A DNA stretch of 64,000 bases from Orbicella franksi (taxonomy: Eukaryota), in the NCBI GenBank assembly GCA_964199315.1, contig OZ116707.1, positions 8,742,001 through 8,806,000 on the forward strand, given 5' to 3'. Position numbers and translations under genes: made by a program. Under the pieces are notes generated by a model. The model ran no database searches. It saw only the letters and a program-made list of their open reading frames with translations, and had not been told where the DNA came from. Shown here piece by piece: positions 1-11,704 of this stretch (the first letter of the stretch is position 1; each line of letters begins with the position of its first letter).

Positions 1-687
1 GTGTCATGGAGCAGAGATGAAGAATCTGATGGAGAAACTTTGTCCACACCATATCAAAAACAAAGAGAACAGTTGTGCAGAAACTGGGAGGTGTTAAGGG
101 TGCCCCTTACTTCAGTCATCTCTCAGGATGGAAGGTTTCATCCAGCCTAAATGTGTTAAAGGTGACTGTGATAGGGACGCTCAAACTAGGTGCCAGGATT
201 GTAGCTTTGGTGCATACTATTGCACTGAGTGCTGCAATGAATTGCACAGAGTGAAACATCAGTTTCATTCCCCAGAAGTGCTTAAGGTGAGTGTTTCTCG
301 TGGTGTTTTTAGTTTAAAAAATTGCTTATAATGTTGTGAATGAACTTGTATAACTACTTATATATTCTTGACTTCTGGGACATGCAAAAATTATTGACAA
401 ATTAAACTAATGCTTAATTTTCCTAGTGCAAGTTAAGCCATGCAGGACACTGCAGTCACTCATTAAACAGTAGAATGCACAAATATATTCCTTCCTGTTT
501 TTGCGTTGTTATTTTATTAGCAGCAGGTTAATTGTTAATTAAAACCATTAACACATCTAAAGAGCTTTATAATTTGCTTCTATATTTTTGATTGGGTTAT
601 TATCCATTCCATTGGATCAAGATGTTTAAATTTCCTGCAGCCATTAGTCTTTATTTTGATGTTGAGATACAGTCATTTTTGATAAGT

Positions 688-1040
688 TAATAAAGATGGT
701 GAATTTTAAGCTTGGTAATGAAATGTGAAGGTGAATTAATCAACATGACACGAGCGTGGGACAGGAATCGAACCCATGACCTCCCGAAATTTTAAAAATT
801 CACCATCTTTATTAACTTATCACTACTCACGATGAATTCGATAGCGTTGATCCTAGCAGTATGCAGGACACCTATCATATATGAACTCAGTTAAATGACC
901 TTGCTCTCCATGAGTTCTCGTAGCTCAGTGGATAGAGCGCCCGCCCGGTGTTCGGGAGGTCATGGGTTCGATTCCTGTCCGGGACTCAGAATTTTTCTTT
1001 GTCCCACGCTCGTGTCATGTTGATTAATTCACCTTCACAG
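688..1040. repeat. tRNA-derived repeat, two head-to-head partial copies
   Basis: A-box TAGCTCAGTGGATAGAG and B-box GGGTTCGATTCC at ~920-975; 723-788 is the reverse complement of parts of 951-1039; 688-710 and 792-815 form a further inverted pair. Confidence 0.7.
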
Positions 1041-1169
1041 TCATTTTTGTTTATAATTTGTCATGACAACTAGAAAGAGAGAAAAAATATGCCAAATATG
1101 TTAATGCGTTGCAACCTGAAGATTCAGGCTCCGCAATATATAACAGGGGTGTGACGACCACATATGCAT

Positions 1170-1365
1170 GTACAGTACTTGCCATGATCAGCACTGCTAA
1201 ACGTAAGAATTAGCTTGAAGAGTTTGAAAGTCGCAGCACTCCGAGTAAGGAAAGGCTGTCCTCTCTGGCAATTCTTTATATAAGAATAAGGATGACTTAT
1301 TATTGACAATGTTCTTGCAGAATTTTTTTATGAATTGTACCTTGATTAGGTTCTTTTGTTTGTCA
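1170..1365 (+). mobile_element. hAT transposase C-terminal dimerization fragment (intronic relic)
   Basis: Broken frames give SKERLSSLAILYI...IDNVLAEF, typical of the hAT dimerization domain end. Confidence 0.45.
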
Positions 1366-4300
1366 ACAATAGGATGGATGCTGGTTGGCATATGAAGTCT
1401 CTGGCAGAGTGCTTCTGGATTACAGCCACTCTTGTAGATGTGTTAATTTGGTTGATATAACAGGTTATGTCATTTTTAAAAGTTTTCTTATATGGCGACA
1501 GTTCCTTAGGTTATTTTTTTATTATAAAAAACATTGTAAAGAGATAATTAGAGGTTATTTGTTAAACCTTGGAATGAATTATTTTGTTGATTTCTTTCCT
1601 CTCCCAGTCCCCCACTTGAGGTTCTTCTTGGTTTATTCAGCAGATGTCAAAATATCAAAATATAAATAGTTATCATCTGTCACATAAGGCCTTCTAAAAT
1701 TAGCTTTTGGCATGTTAATTATTCAGTTGAGCATGCTGAACACAGCTTGTAAATTTCTCATTTGTAGTTTCATCTCTCAACTTAATTGCTTAAAGGACAA
1801 TTTTTTTTAGAGTTTTATCTGAACATAATTAATAAACACCACTTGGCTTTGAATTGAATTTTCTACAGTTGTCAGTATCACAATCCTTCAGAATATGTCA
1901 TTTTTCTGTCAGTGGTATTATTTTCCTATAGATGTGATTTGTGGTTGTACCTGATCACTTTAATTTATTTATTAATTAATGAAATGTTGTGCTTATTAGT
2001 GTTGGAGTTAAAAGAAAATATTACTGGCATCATTTTCAGCATATGAAGTCTCAGGCAGAGTGCTTTTGGATTGCAGCCACTCTTGCTCATCCAGATATTA
2101 TAGATGTTTTACTGTGCATACAGTAGATGTAATAGTTTGTGGCTATTTTAAAATAGGTCAAAGTCAAATAGAACTAGCTAATCTGTTTTGCTTTTAAACA
2201 TTTCTGTTCTGTTATCTTTACATTTAGGTTGCCATCATGAAATTTCTCTCATTTGCTGTGCATGCCAGACTGTTGCAGAAAGTCTGTTGTTGCATGGCTT
2301 GTGGCCTGCAACACACTGTCGAGCCCACCTTGGCTTTCACTATGGAGTTAACTGGGCACTAGCCCTGATGATGGAATGCCAAGTGTCTCTGTATGACTTC
2401 TGCAGAGCACTGGAATTTTTCAAAAACCCTCTTTTAAAGGTACAATATTGTATGTTATGTTTTCCTGCTGTTATTATATGTTCTGATTGCTATAATTGGA
2501 ATTAACTGATACATTCCCTTTAAATTAATGGCTACTTTTTTTTGTTTCACATTAGAAAAGGACAGTGTACGAGCAGTTACTTGACAGCTTTGAAGAATTC
2601 AGGCACGTGTAAATCATATCAATTTATTGTTTTTCTAAATTTTTACTTTACAAGTGATTTACTTGTGTCGTTGTTGTTAAAAATACTTTATTCTTTTTCA
2701 GTTTGATATCCTGGCTGAGGCATTTTGTTACTTGAGGTGGAGCAATTTGTCCAAAGTTTAAAAATTTAATACTAACTGTTTAACTTTTAGGTATTATGTT
2801 AAAGCTGGCTCTTGGTACAATTGGGAAGAGGAAAATTGTACAGCTAGAGCCCCATACTGTCCAGCTTGTCCTAAGGTATTCAACTATCTCAAAATAGAGT
2901 AAACAACAGTTATTGAATATAATATTATTAATAATATTTTATACCAGTTGATTCATTATATTTTGAACTTTTAGCATTGAAATGCTTCAAGAGCGGATCA
3001 GCGTCCATGATTTCATGACAATTGGTACATTGTAATTTATGAAAATGACAAAGTAGACTGTTTGTGAACAGTGTATTTGGTTTAATTCTCAGGAAAATGG
3101 AAAGTTGTTTGTCTCTATTGATGCTTGTTTTGGTCTGCCAAGAAAGAAGACATCTGGTGCTAGCTATTGAAGTCCTTTAAGCAGCAACATGTTCTTTCAC
3201 AACCAAGAGCATGTTGATAACTTTAGGGCCAGTTATCCTTCTTCAAAGAATGATTCAAAGAAGGTTTATCTTCCAATACATACTTACATGTATCAACAAC
3301 TATTAACTGTAATTATTTTTGTAAACCAGCAGACAAAAAAATTCCTCTCGACCATTGATTTTCCTTTTCATTATAATTCTAGAGGAATAAAGTTGTCCAT
3401 GTATATCCTAAAGTACACAGCCAAGATCTTTATCCATAGTAATTAAGTTACAAATAATATAATATTATTCTTACTGTACAGTTTGTGAATATGTATTTTT
3501 ATTCCAGATGTTTATTGGTAATCCTTTTTTTTTTTCACTGTCAGGATTGCAGTCATTTTCAGGCAGGCTCTGCAATCCAGTCAAAAAGTAAATTTGATGC
3601 ACTGGATGAGACAGCTGTTGGCAGTTTGTGCTGTAAACATGGCTTCCCCATGAAGTTTCTAAATTTAAAGGGTGGTGAAAGGTGAGATGCTCATCACCAA
3701 CTGTTGCTACATGTACATTTTTAATGCACATAGTTGTATATATTTAAAGTTAAACATTGTATCAATTGATATCTGATATCTTTTTTGTTGTAGGTTGGGA
3801 TATGCAGTTTATCTGCTCAATGATCTTCTTGCTTCTAAGGGAGATGGGCTAGAAATACATTTCGTGTATGACATCTGTTGTCTTCTTGATTCTCATCTCA
3901 AAGTGAGTACATTTTAGTTTGTATTGCATATACATACACACTGCTCAAGAAATTCAATGGCAGTGGTCTTAATGAGTTTAATATTTTATGAAATGGAATG
4001 ATGAAATGCAAATAATTCATGCATAATTCAGTTTTTATGTTCAGTAGATTGAAAGACCTTAACATGTTCATGTGAAGGGATCCCCAGTATTTACTTCTTA
4101 TGATTTAGCCGTCTAACTTGGAATTTCAGTTTAAACTCATCTAGAATAACTTAGCAGTTTTAATAGACTACTGTCAATCATAATGTATATATCTTTAGCC
4201 TAACCTTACCTAGCAGACTGTGTTAAAACAGGAAATTGCAAAGTGTCTCAAAGTCCATCAACTTTTTCAGAGTGGCTTCCACTATGAAAAGAACATTAAA

Positions 4301-4633
4301 TAAATTAGGAGTAAAAATTGTGTAAATTGCCAAATATATTCCCTGGGTATATCCACTTAGTGGCTCTTTTCCCTCACTTTTTACAAATAGACCATATTCG
4401 TATTCTCGGTATTGGACTGGAACTGGCTTGCAATGGAGGCTCATGTGGGGAAATATCATTAAAAAGAGATTACCGTATTTACTCAAATAAGCGCTGCCCC
4501 TGAATAAGCGTCACCCTCAATTAAGCGCCGCACATGGGGTCAAAAAGTTAATAAGCACTGCAGCTGCGGTGCGGCGCTTATTCAAGTATTTTATAAGATG
4601 ATAAAAATACACTGTACTCGCTGCAATGCGGTT

Positions 4634-5113
4634 CTAAGCCAGCATTGGGAATTTATTTTCATCAAAAGTGATGTTTTTCAGTTCAAAGTGAGTACATCTC
4701 GACGTTCTTTCATTCAGTTCTCTCTTCAAAATCTTCGCGTTCTTCAATTCTTGTGTGAAGGCTGTAAACTTTGCCGGTACGACAAGACCAACCTCCCTCT
4801 TTCCCTTCCCTGTAACTGTTGCAGTAAGAAGATTGTCAGCGTTTGCTTGTAAGAAGAAGGTCAACAAATGCGATAGTTCTATCGGTACATGGCCAGCAAG
4901 AGTATTTTCAGCGTCTGGGCATTCATGTGTCACGTACAGGCCGATTGCGTTGATGTCATATTCTTTGGCTTCGGCCCTTTTATCTTCTTCACAGTGTAAC
5001 ACTTGGTTGATTTCAGGTTTCCATGACTGTTTATACACATGGTGTCCTCTGATGACTGTCTCGAAAGATACTCTGTAATACATCTTGTATTGAACTGGGG
5101 AGACTCTTGCCAT
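4634..5113 (-). CDS. HIRAN-like domain protein carried inside the pogo element
   Basis: Open 159-aa ORF with VIRGHHVYKQSWKPEINQVL...YDINAIGLY...LAGHVPIELS, matching the HIRAN pattern. Confidence 0.7.
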   Translation of the reverse strand: MARVSPVQYKMYYRVSFETVIRGHHVYKQSWKPEINQVLHCEEDKRAEAKEYDINAIGLYVTHECPDAENTLAGHVPIELSHLLTFFLQANADNLLTATVTGKGKREVGLVVPAKFTAFTQELKNAKILKRELNERTSRCTHFELKNITFDENKFPMLA

Positions 5114-5271
5114 TTTTGCGATGTTTCTGAGTGGTAAATATTATTCTGCCAAGCGCTCAAATCTGACACTGCAGTGCTGAAGCTCCAGAGAAACCCTACT
5201 GACCTGCTTTATTAAATCCAACCAATCATGGCAAATCAGGCACGTCTCGGAAATGACCCATTACAGATAAA

Positions 5272-5530
5272 GGCTGCGAAATAATACCCTTGACTTGTCG
5301 CGTAACATTGTTCCGTTGCAAGTTTTGGGTCGATGCCTCACATTTTTCAGCTTGTCACGCACCAAAAACATTTGTTGCGGGTTGAAGAAATTTGTTGCAA
5401 AAAGTAGAGCACGGGTCTACTTTGAGCAACAAATTTTGACTTTCTTGCTCATTTTTCTTTCAACTTGTCACGCAACAAACGTGCTCCTGGTACACAAGTT
5501 GAGGGTTTTTGTATCTCGTATTTCGCCGCC
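5272..5530. mobile_element. MITE nested in the pogo element
   Basis: TIR GGCTGCGAAATA / TATTTCGCCGCC (11 of 12 match) with a TAAA duplication at 5268-71 and 5531-34. Confidence 0.7.
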
Positions 5531-5581
5531 TAAAATAACTTACCACACACACTGAATGATACTTGACTATCAAGCGTGCTT

Positions 5582-7022
5582 GGTTGAGAGAATGTCAGAC
5601 ACGAATAAGGAGGTGATTTCCCACAAGGGGAAAACATTGAAGAAATACAATTTGTCGTTCAAGAAAGAAGTCATTACTTATGCTGAAATTAATGGCAATC
5701 CACCTGCTTCCAGGCAATTTTCAGTTGATGAAAGGAGAATAAGGGAATGGCGAGCTACCAAGAGTAATATAGAAGGTCTGCTTGGGACGGCCGCCAAAGC
5801 AAAGCAAAGATCCAGACTAGATGGTGGGAGAAAACCTTTAAGCGCAAAACTTGAAGGGGTCATGCTAGAATGGATAGAAAGTAGGCGTTCTCAAGGGTTA
5901 AGAGTCTCGTGTAAGCTCATAATGAAGAAAGCAGAGATAACACATCGCGATATGACGGAAAACAACCTTGTGGACGGCGACGACTTCAAAGCTTCCAGAG
6001 GATGGCTTTGCAGATTCATGAAGTGAAATGGGTTGTCACTGAGATGAAAAACCTCCGTCGCTCAGCAAGAGCCAGAAAGAATGGTAGCTAGACTTGTATC
6101 GTATGTAATCCAGGTTAGAAGGCTATAAGAGAAACACAAGTACAGACCATCTGACATAATAGCAATGGATGAAACCCCAGTTTGGTGTGACATGATTTTG
6201 GAAACAACTGTTGACACAACAGGAAAGAAAACTATTTCTCTGAAATCAACCGGTCACGAAAAAGTGCAAGTATCAGTTTGTCTAGCCGCAAAGGCTGATG
6301 GAACTAAACTGAAACCTATGGTGGTTTTTAAAGGGGAGAAGCGAGAAGTTGCGGCTTTGAAACAAGAATTTCAAAATTGCGTGGTTGTTGCAACTTCTGC
6401 GAACGGATGGATGGATACTGAGCTAACCCAAGTCTGGATTGACTTTGTTGTTGGAGCATTTGCATTCAATCGAACGCTGTTAGCCTGGGATTCCTATGAA
6501 TGCCACATGGAGGACAAAATCACCGAGTCATTGAAGTCTAAGAAAGTTGACCGTGTAATTGTGCCTGGGGGCTGCACAAAGTACATCCAGGCACCAGATG
6601 TCAGTTGGAATAAGCCTTTCAAGGCTGTGTGTACCGAAAAATACGATGAATGGCTGGGAACTGTAGGAATTCACGAAGAAACGGCTGCTGGAAACTTGAG
6701 GGCTCCACCAAAGAGGGCCATTCTACAGTGGATTCTTGATGCATGGGCCGAGCGGCCAACAGAGGTCATTAAGGAGTCTTTCCGAAGCTGTGCTTTAAAC
6801 CTCCCTGTTGACAGTTCATGCGACGATGTTATTCATTGTTTCAAAGACGGCCAGCCATGTAGCACTGGAAAAGTTATGCTTCCCTCACAGCTAGAGATCT
6901 TGAGTGAGCCAGCCAATGCCAATCCTTTTGATACTACAGATTCTGATGTAGAAGCGTACCCACCACCGTTGGAACTTCTAGACTCTGACCAAGAGGGGGA
7001 TAGTGACATTGAAGTTGACTGA
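5582..7022 (+). pseudogene. pogo transposase (Brinker-type DBD, CENP-B HTH, DDE_1), with in-frame stops
   Basis: YNLSFKKEVITYAE, FKASRGWLCRFMK, MDETPVW, LLAWDSYECH, IQAPDVSWNKPFK; stops at 6024, ~6045 and ~6127 interrupt one continuous frame. Confidence 0.9.
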
Positions 7023-7930
7023 AGATACCGGGTATTAGTAGATACCAGAAGAAAACGTCCAATAACTATGTGACTACAGGACGTCTAAGTTTGTTGTGTT
7101 TGTAAAAGTGCTTGAGAGAAACTGGACTACTTTTAAATGCACAGACTAAGACAAAGTGCATCCTGTGTTAGATCTTGTGAACTTTCAGCAACAGTCAGGA
7201 CATTGACATCGAGTGAAGCGTTGTTGAAAACCTGCAGAAAAGTATTCATGAGGCTGTTATGAAAGCCAAAACTTAGGTTAACTTCAAGCCTGTAAGCCAT
7301 GAAAAATACTCATGAAGTAAATTAAATTGTACAATCAAAATATTTTGTTTTTTTGGTATGAGCCTTGTAAATAAGCGCTGCCTTCGAATAAGCGCCGCCC
7401 TCGAATGAGCACTGCACCGGAGACACGAAAAATTAAATAAGTGCTGCAGCGCTTATTTGAGTAAATACGGTAATGTAATTTGCATTTGAAAAGACTCCCC
7501 TCATTGGCCTCAGATGCAAGCTAGTTCCAGTCTGATACCAGGAATACGAATATGGTCTATTGGATTGGGTTTTAAAATGGTTGCTTTTTGTGGCAGTTGG
7601 AGGTTGATCAGAGACACTGGAGCAAGATTGGGAACCAACAACTTCCACTGTGTAAAATTCAAGATATCAGCATTAAATTCCACAATATGTTGTACATCTG
7701 TTGTTTCTCACTTTGCAGAAACAGAAATTTGTAGACCTTGTAGCTAATATACAGATGGCCTGTCCCCAGTTTCATGTATATGGCCAGGTGCTACATGTCA
7801 GGTTAGGAAGAGCATAAAAGTAATGTAGATTATCTAAATATTTTTGAATGTTAAACTTGTATACATTCATTCCAAGGGACCTGATAACTGACTGAGAATT
7901 TTGAGTAGAATATTGCATTTGTGTCAAATT

Positions 7931-8180
7931 AATAATAATAATAATAATAATAATAACTTTATTTATCCTGGTAAAGACTGGTCAGTCGATCAAGATATAG
8001 ATTGACTGGTATTAATCGGTGACCAGTATAAAGAGCATCAAAAAAGTCAATAAAGAAATTACAGGCATAGAATTTACAATTACAAAATCTAAAAAGTATG
8101 AATTATATACAAAAATTTAAATTTAAATTTTACAAATTCAATCTAATAATATGATTGTAAATCTACATTTTTTTTGTACC
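7931..8180 (-). mobile_element. LINE-like 3' tail fragment with (AAT)n
   Basis: (AAT)8 followed by ACTTTATTTATCC, resembling the reverse-oriented 3' end of a CR1/L2 element. Confidence 0.35.
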
Positions 8181-11100
8181 TATACATGTAGCTGCTGTAT
8201 AGTCCATGTAGATTGGAAGGATGGGGTTTGGTTGATGGAGAAATGTTGGAGAGGCTTTGGTCATACCTTGGCCTATTTAGAAAGATGACCAAGGAGATGT
8301 CATCAAGTCATAGGGAGGATGTATTGTCCGATGCTTTATTCTACCTTGCAAAAAGGCTTAAATCCAGAATAGGTAGGACAACATAAACTGTGGTGCATAT
8401 TAAAGTATTTAACTTTACCAAGTATCCATCATGCATCTATCCATCTATCCTTCTATAATTATAGTTACTGCAATGCATTTTGACTTGGAGAAAGCAATGA
8501 ATATTTCTTTCCAGCATATTCGCACTGTAGGTGATTTCAAATACCGATCTGCCTTTCTATCTTTGCTTGTAACACCTGCAGTCTCACTTCTAATAAATCA
8601 GAGCAAGAGAATTTCTGACCTTTCTAACTCTGCCAAAATGGAATTGGACGAACTTCAGAAAAAGCCACCTAATAAGTTTGTTTTCTTTTTTTTTCTTTTT
8701 CTGTTTTTATGTACTTTGGTTGGGCTAGGTTACCTGGCTGGGTGTGTAAAGGACAAATAAGGAATTGTTAATGGTACAACTCTTGACAACTTCCAGCTTG
8801 TATCTTCGAGACATTCAGTTGAGTGCATTTTATTTTAAAGATCATTTGTGAGCATTATCACCTTTTGTTTGATTAAATTTACATGTACAGAGATATTGTA
8901 TTGTTTATTGTCTACTTCCATTGACAAAGCAAATGATTTTACAATGGAAGGAAAATGAAGCAGATATTCTTAAGAAGTCAAACGCAGATAACGGTATGTT
9001 TTTCCATAACTATTTTTCCTACATAATTTTTATAGCTTATTTTGCAACATAGAGTACACAGTTAAGTGTACGTGAATATAGATTTTTTTTTTAGTCAATC
9101 ACTTGTCTTGTTGGTTCAATAGACCTCAATAAGGCCCTATGTTATTATGCAGTGTATGTCGTTGAAAATGGCTTTATGTAGCACTAGATTGTCTTGTTTC
9201 TTTACAGTTGACTTGGGACCTCATGCATGGGTATTATCCTATTTTCCCCTCTTACAGCAATACTATTTGACACGGTAAGAGAACATTATATTTGTTTATT
9301 TTCATAAAGCTTTCTAAGGTCCGTTTTTGTTTTATGTTTTATAAGTCATGCAAGAAACAAACAAATGACCAAAATAATACAGAAGTACCTAGTTAGTCTA
9401 CTTGGGAAACTTCCTTAAGTGTTAAAGAACAACTAAAGAACAAGGAAGATAGGGCAACCTTACATGACTCCTAAAACGATATTGAATGTGCCGACGACCC
9501 CTACATTTTATGGTCCAAAACGGCTGGGTCAACGTTAATCTTTATAATATTACTTATAAAAATAATAAAGAATACTTTTTAATAGTGACGGTTGCAGTGA
9601 CAGTGAACGTAGCGAGGGTGACGGTGATAGTGATGGTGATAGTAATAGTTTGTTTGTTTTGTATTGTTTCTCACACACAGTGACAGTCTTGCGAGTGGTG
9701 CGGGTGGTTCGCAAACTCTTCACCTCATTGGACTTATGAACAAGTTAGTATAAACAAGAGGCGGTGTTTTCTTCAAATAGCAATTAAAAAAAACTGTTCT
9801 CTCTTTTCAATTTGTTCCAAGTACTGAGACCCTTTTTCCGTTCTTTTTTTTTTAACTTTTTTTTTTACAGTATCAATGAATGCCTCCTCAAGATGGAACA
9901 CCAGAATAATATCCAAACACGTTGGTTGCCATCAGATGCTCAGTATCAGTCTAGTTTGATCACCACCGAAGCGGTTAAAGCAAAGCAGACTCTGGATATG
10001 ATGCTTGTTTCTGGTAGAAGACGTTGGTTTCTCCTTTCCCTAAAGAAGAAATATACAGGTATATTTTGCTTGTTCAGGAGTGTGGGGTAGCTATAATACA
10101 TACGATTGGAACAGGTGAGAGAAGTATGTCCTTGAAAAAACACATTTATTTCTCACCTCCAGCTGCAGTACCTCGAATCATTGGAACTATTTTGCGCACC
10201 ATTATTGTCAGATATAAAGAATTCTACGTAATCTTGGACCTTTAAGTAAGACGTTTTCAATTTGATTACTTTTGGATGGGTTTTGCTGATTATTTTTTGA
10301 CATTCCTTTTTCAGATGGACAGGCTCAAGCAAAACGGTTGGCGAAAAGTATCACCAGCGAAACCAGCAACTTAAAGAAACAACTTAAGAAATATAACTCC
10401 TCTGTTGAAATCCTTAACCAAAAGGGGCACTCTTCATTCAAACCCCTCACTTGGGAAGAAGCAAGTGTTGTCAGCAGTAGTATCTACTCAATTAACTTCC
10501 CAGATGACGATCAGTTTCCTTTGGTTGTTAAACGAGCTGCTGTTGACGCCCACACCTTAGTTAGAGACCCAGTATTTGAAAGAAGAAATGGCTAATGTAA
10601 TTACCACTTTTTTCAATGAATGTCTACTGCTGGAAAGCCGCCTTTCTACATTGAGATCATATGAGCAATGTGAAACTTCTAACTTGTTAAAAGGTCTGCT
10701 CTCAGTTTTGAAAAGGGATCTTAATTATGAGCGTGTACATCTGTCCACAGCATGTAATCTATTTAACCAGTTGTGTACCCCTTCACGGCAAATTAGGAAT
10801 TACATGGCTGATTTTGTTGACTCTGAAACAATTCATGAGGAGGTTGTTTTTGAAGATAATGCCAGCGATGATGACGAGAACGATTTTAGTGACGAAGATC
10901 TCGATAATGGGATGTATTAAACGTTACTGATGAACAGTGATAATGAGGATGGCAGCATTGCCTATTGTATACAATTTTTTTTTGTAATAAGCCGAGTCCA
11001 GGCCCTATTCTAAGTCTTATTTATTATATAAATACTGAAAAAAGATTCTAGCCAACTAGTCAAACATAGTCACCAAGAAGTCCATTTTAGTATTTAAATT

Positions 11101-11704
11101 ACTACTAGAAAATAAAACGATGTAATGTCAATCGCGTCACAAGCGTCAGACAATTCGAAATCTAAGTCCTCAATGGGAATCGAACCCATGACCTCTTATA
11201 ACCAACGCTGAATTATGGGAAGATTCTCTAGAAAAAAACACTCGCCTCCTTTTTGACATACATACAAACAATAGCCTAAAATTTGACGCAAAAATATGCA
11301 CAGAAGTTTGTCATTGGACGCGATCTCTTCCGAGAAGTAACAACAGGTCATATATTCCTGCATATTTTCACGACCTGAGGCTATTGTTTTTATTACAATT
11401 CGAATGTTTTTACACGAGGCTCAGTTCTACGCTTTTAAACGTTAAAATAAATCTGTCAATGTTGAAATCTGGTTAGTCTGTTCAAAATGTTTGTTCAAAT
11501 CAATTAAAAAGATCTATCCTGCTGAAAACGCCTGAACATTAATTGCAAATTTCGCAAACTGGGGAATTTCACCAGGGGAATATATACAATTATCATTATA
11601 TGCCTTTTTTTTCCTTCATTTTCATTGGCCGAAAGCCCACCATGTAACCTGCGAATGACTGCCCACAATCAACGGTCTGTGCATTTGTACTACCTTCTAA
11701 ATCG

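Larger units (their letters stand above)
4473..7470 (+). mobile_element. pogo-family (Tc1/mariner superfamily) DNA transposon, full length, in an intron of the KDZ gene
   Basis: Perfect 25-bp TIR CCGTATTTACTCAAATAAGCGCTGC at 4473 and its reverse complement ending at 7470; TA on both sides (4471-72, 7471-72). Confidence 0.92.
1..10920 (+). pseudogene. Multi-exon KDZ (Kyakuja-Dileera-Zisupton) family CxC + DDE transposase, decayed
   Basis: Exon translations show KDZ motifs in order: Cys-rich CxC region (128-290, 2226-2437 LLLHGLWPAT...ECQVSLYDFCRAL), SIDACFGL (~3110), DETAVGSLCCKHGFPMKFLNLKGGER (3545-3685), YDICC (~3865), CPQFHVYG (~7760), GWGLVDGEMLERLWSYL...TKEMSSSHREDVLSDAL (8195-8371), RRRWFLLSLKKKY (~10030), helical acidic C-terminus to 10920. 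GT-AG borders; several frameshifts. Confidence 0.8.

Noticed and set aside
915-990. Possible tRNA gene
   Set aside because: A and B boxes are present, but it is embedded in a larger repeated unit with an inverted partial copy and has no convincing acceptor stem or anticodon arm; treated as a tRNA-derived repeat.
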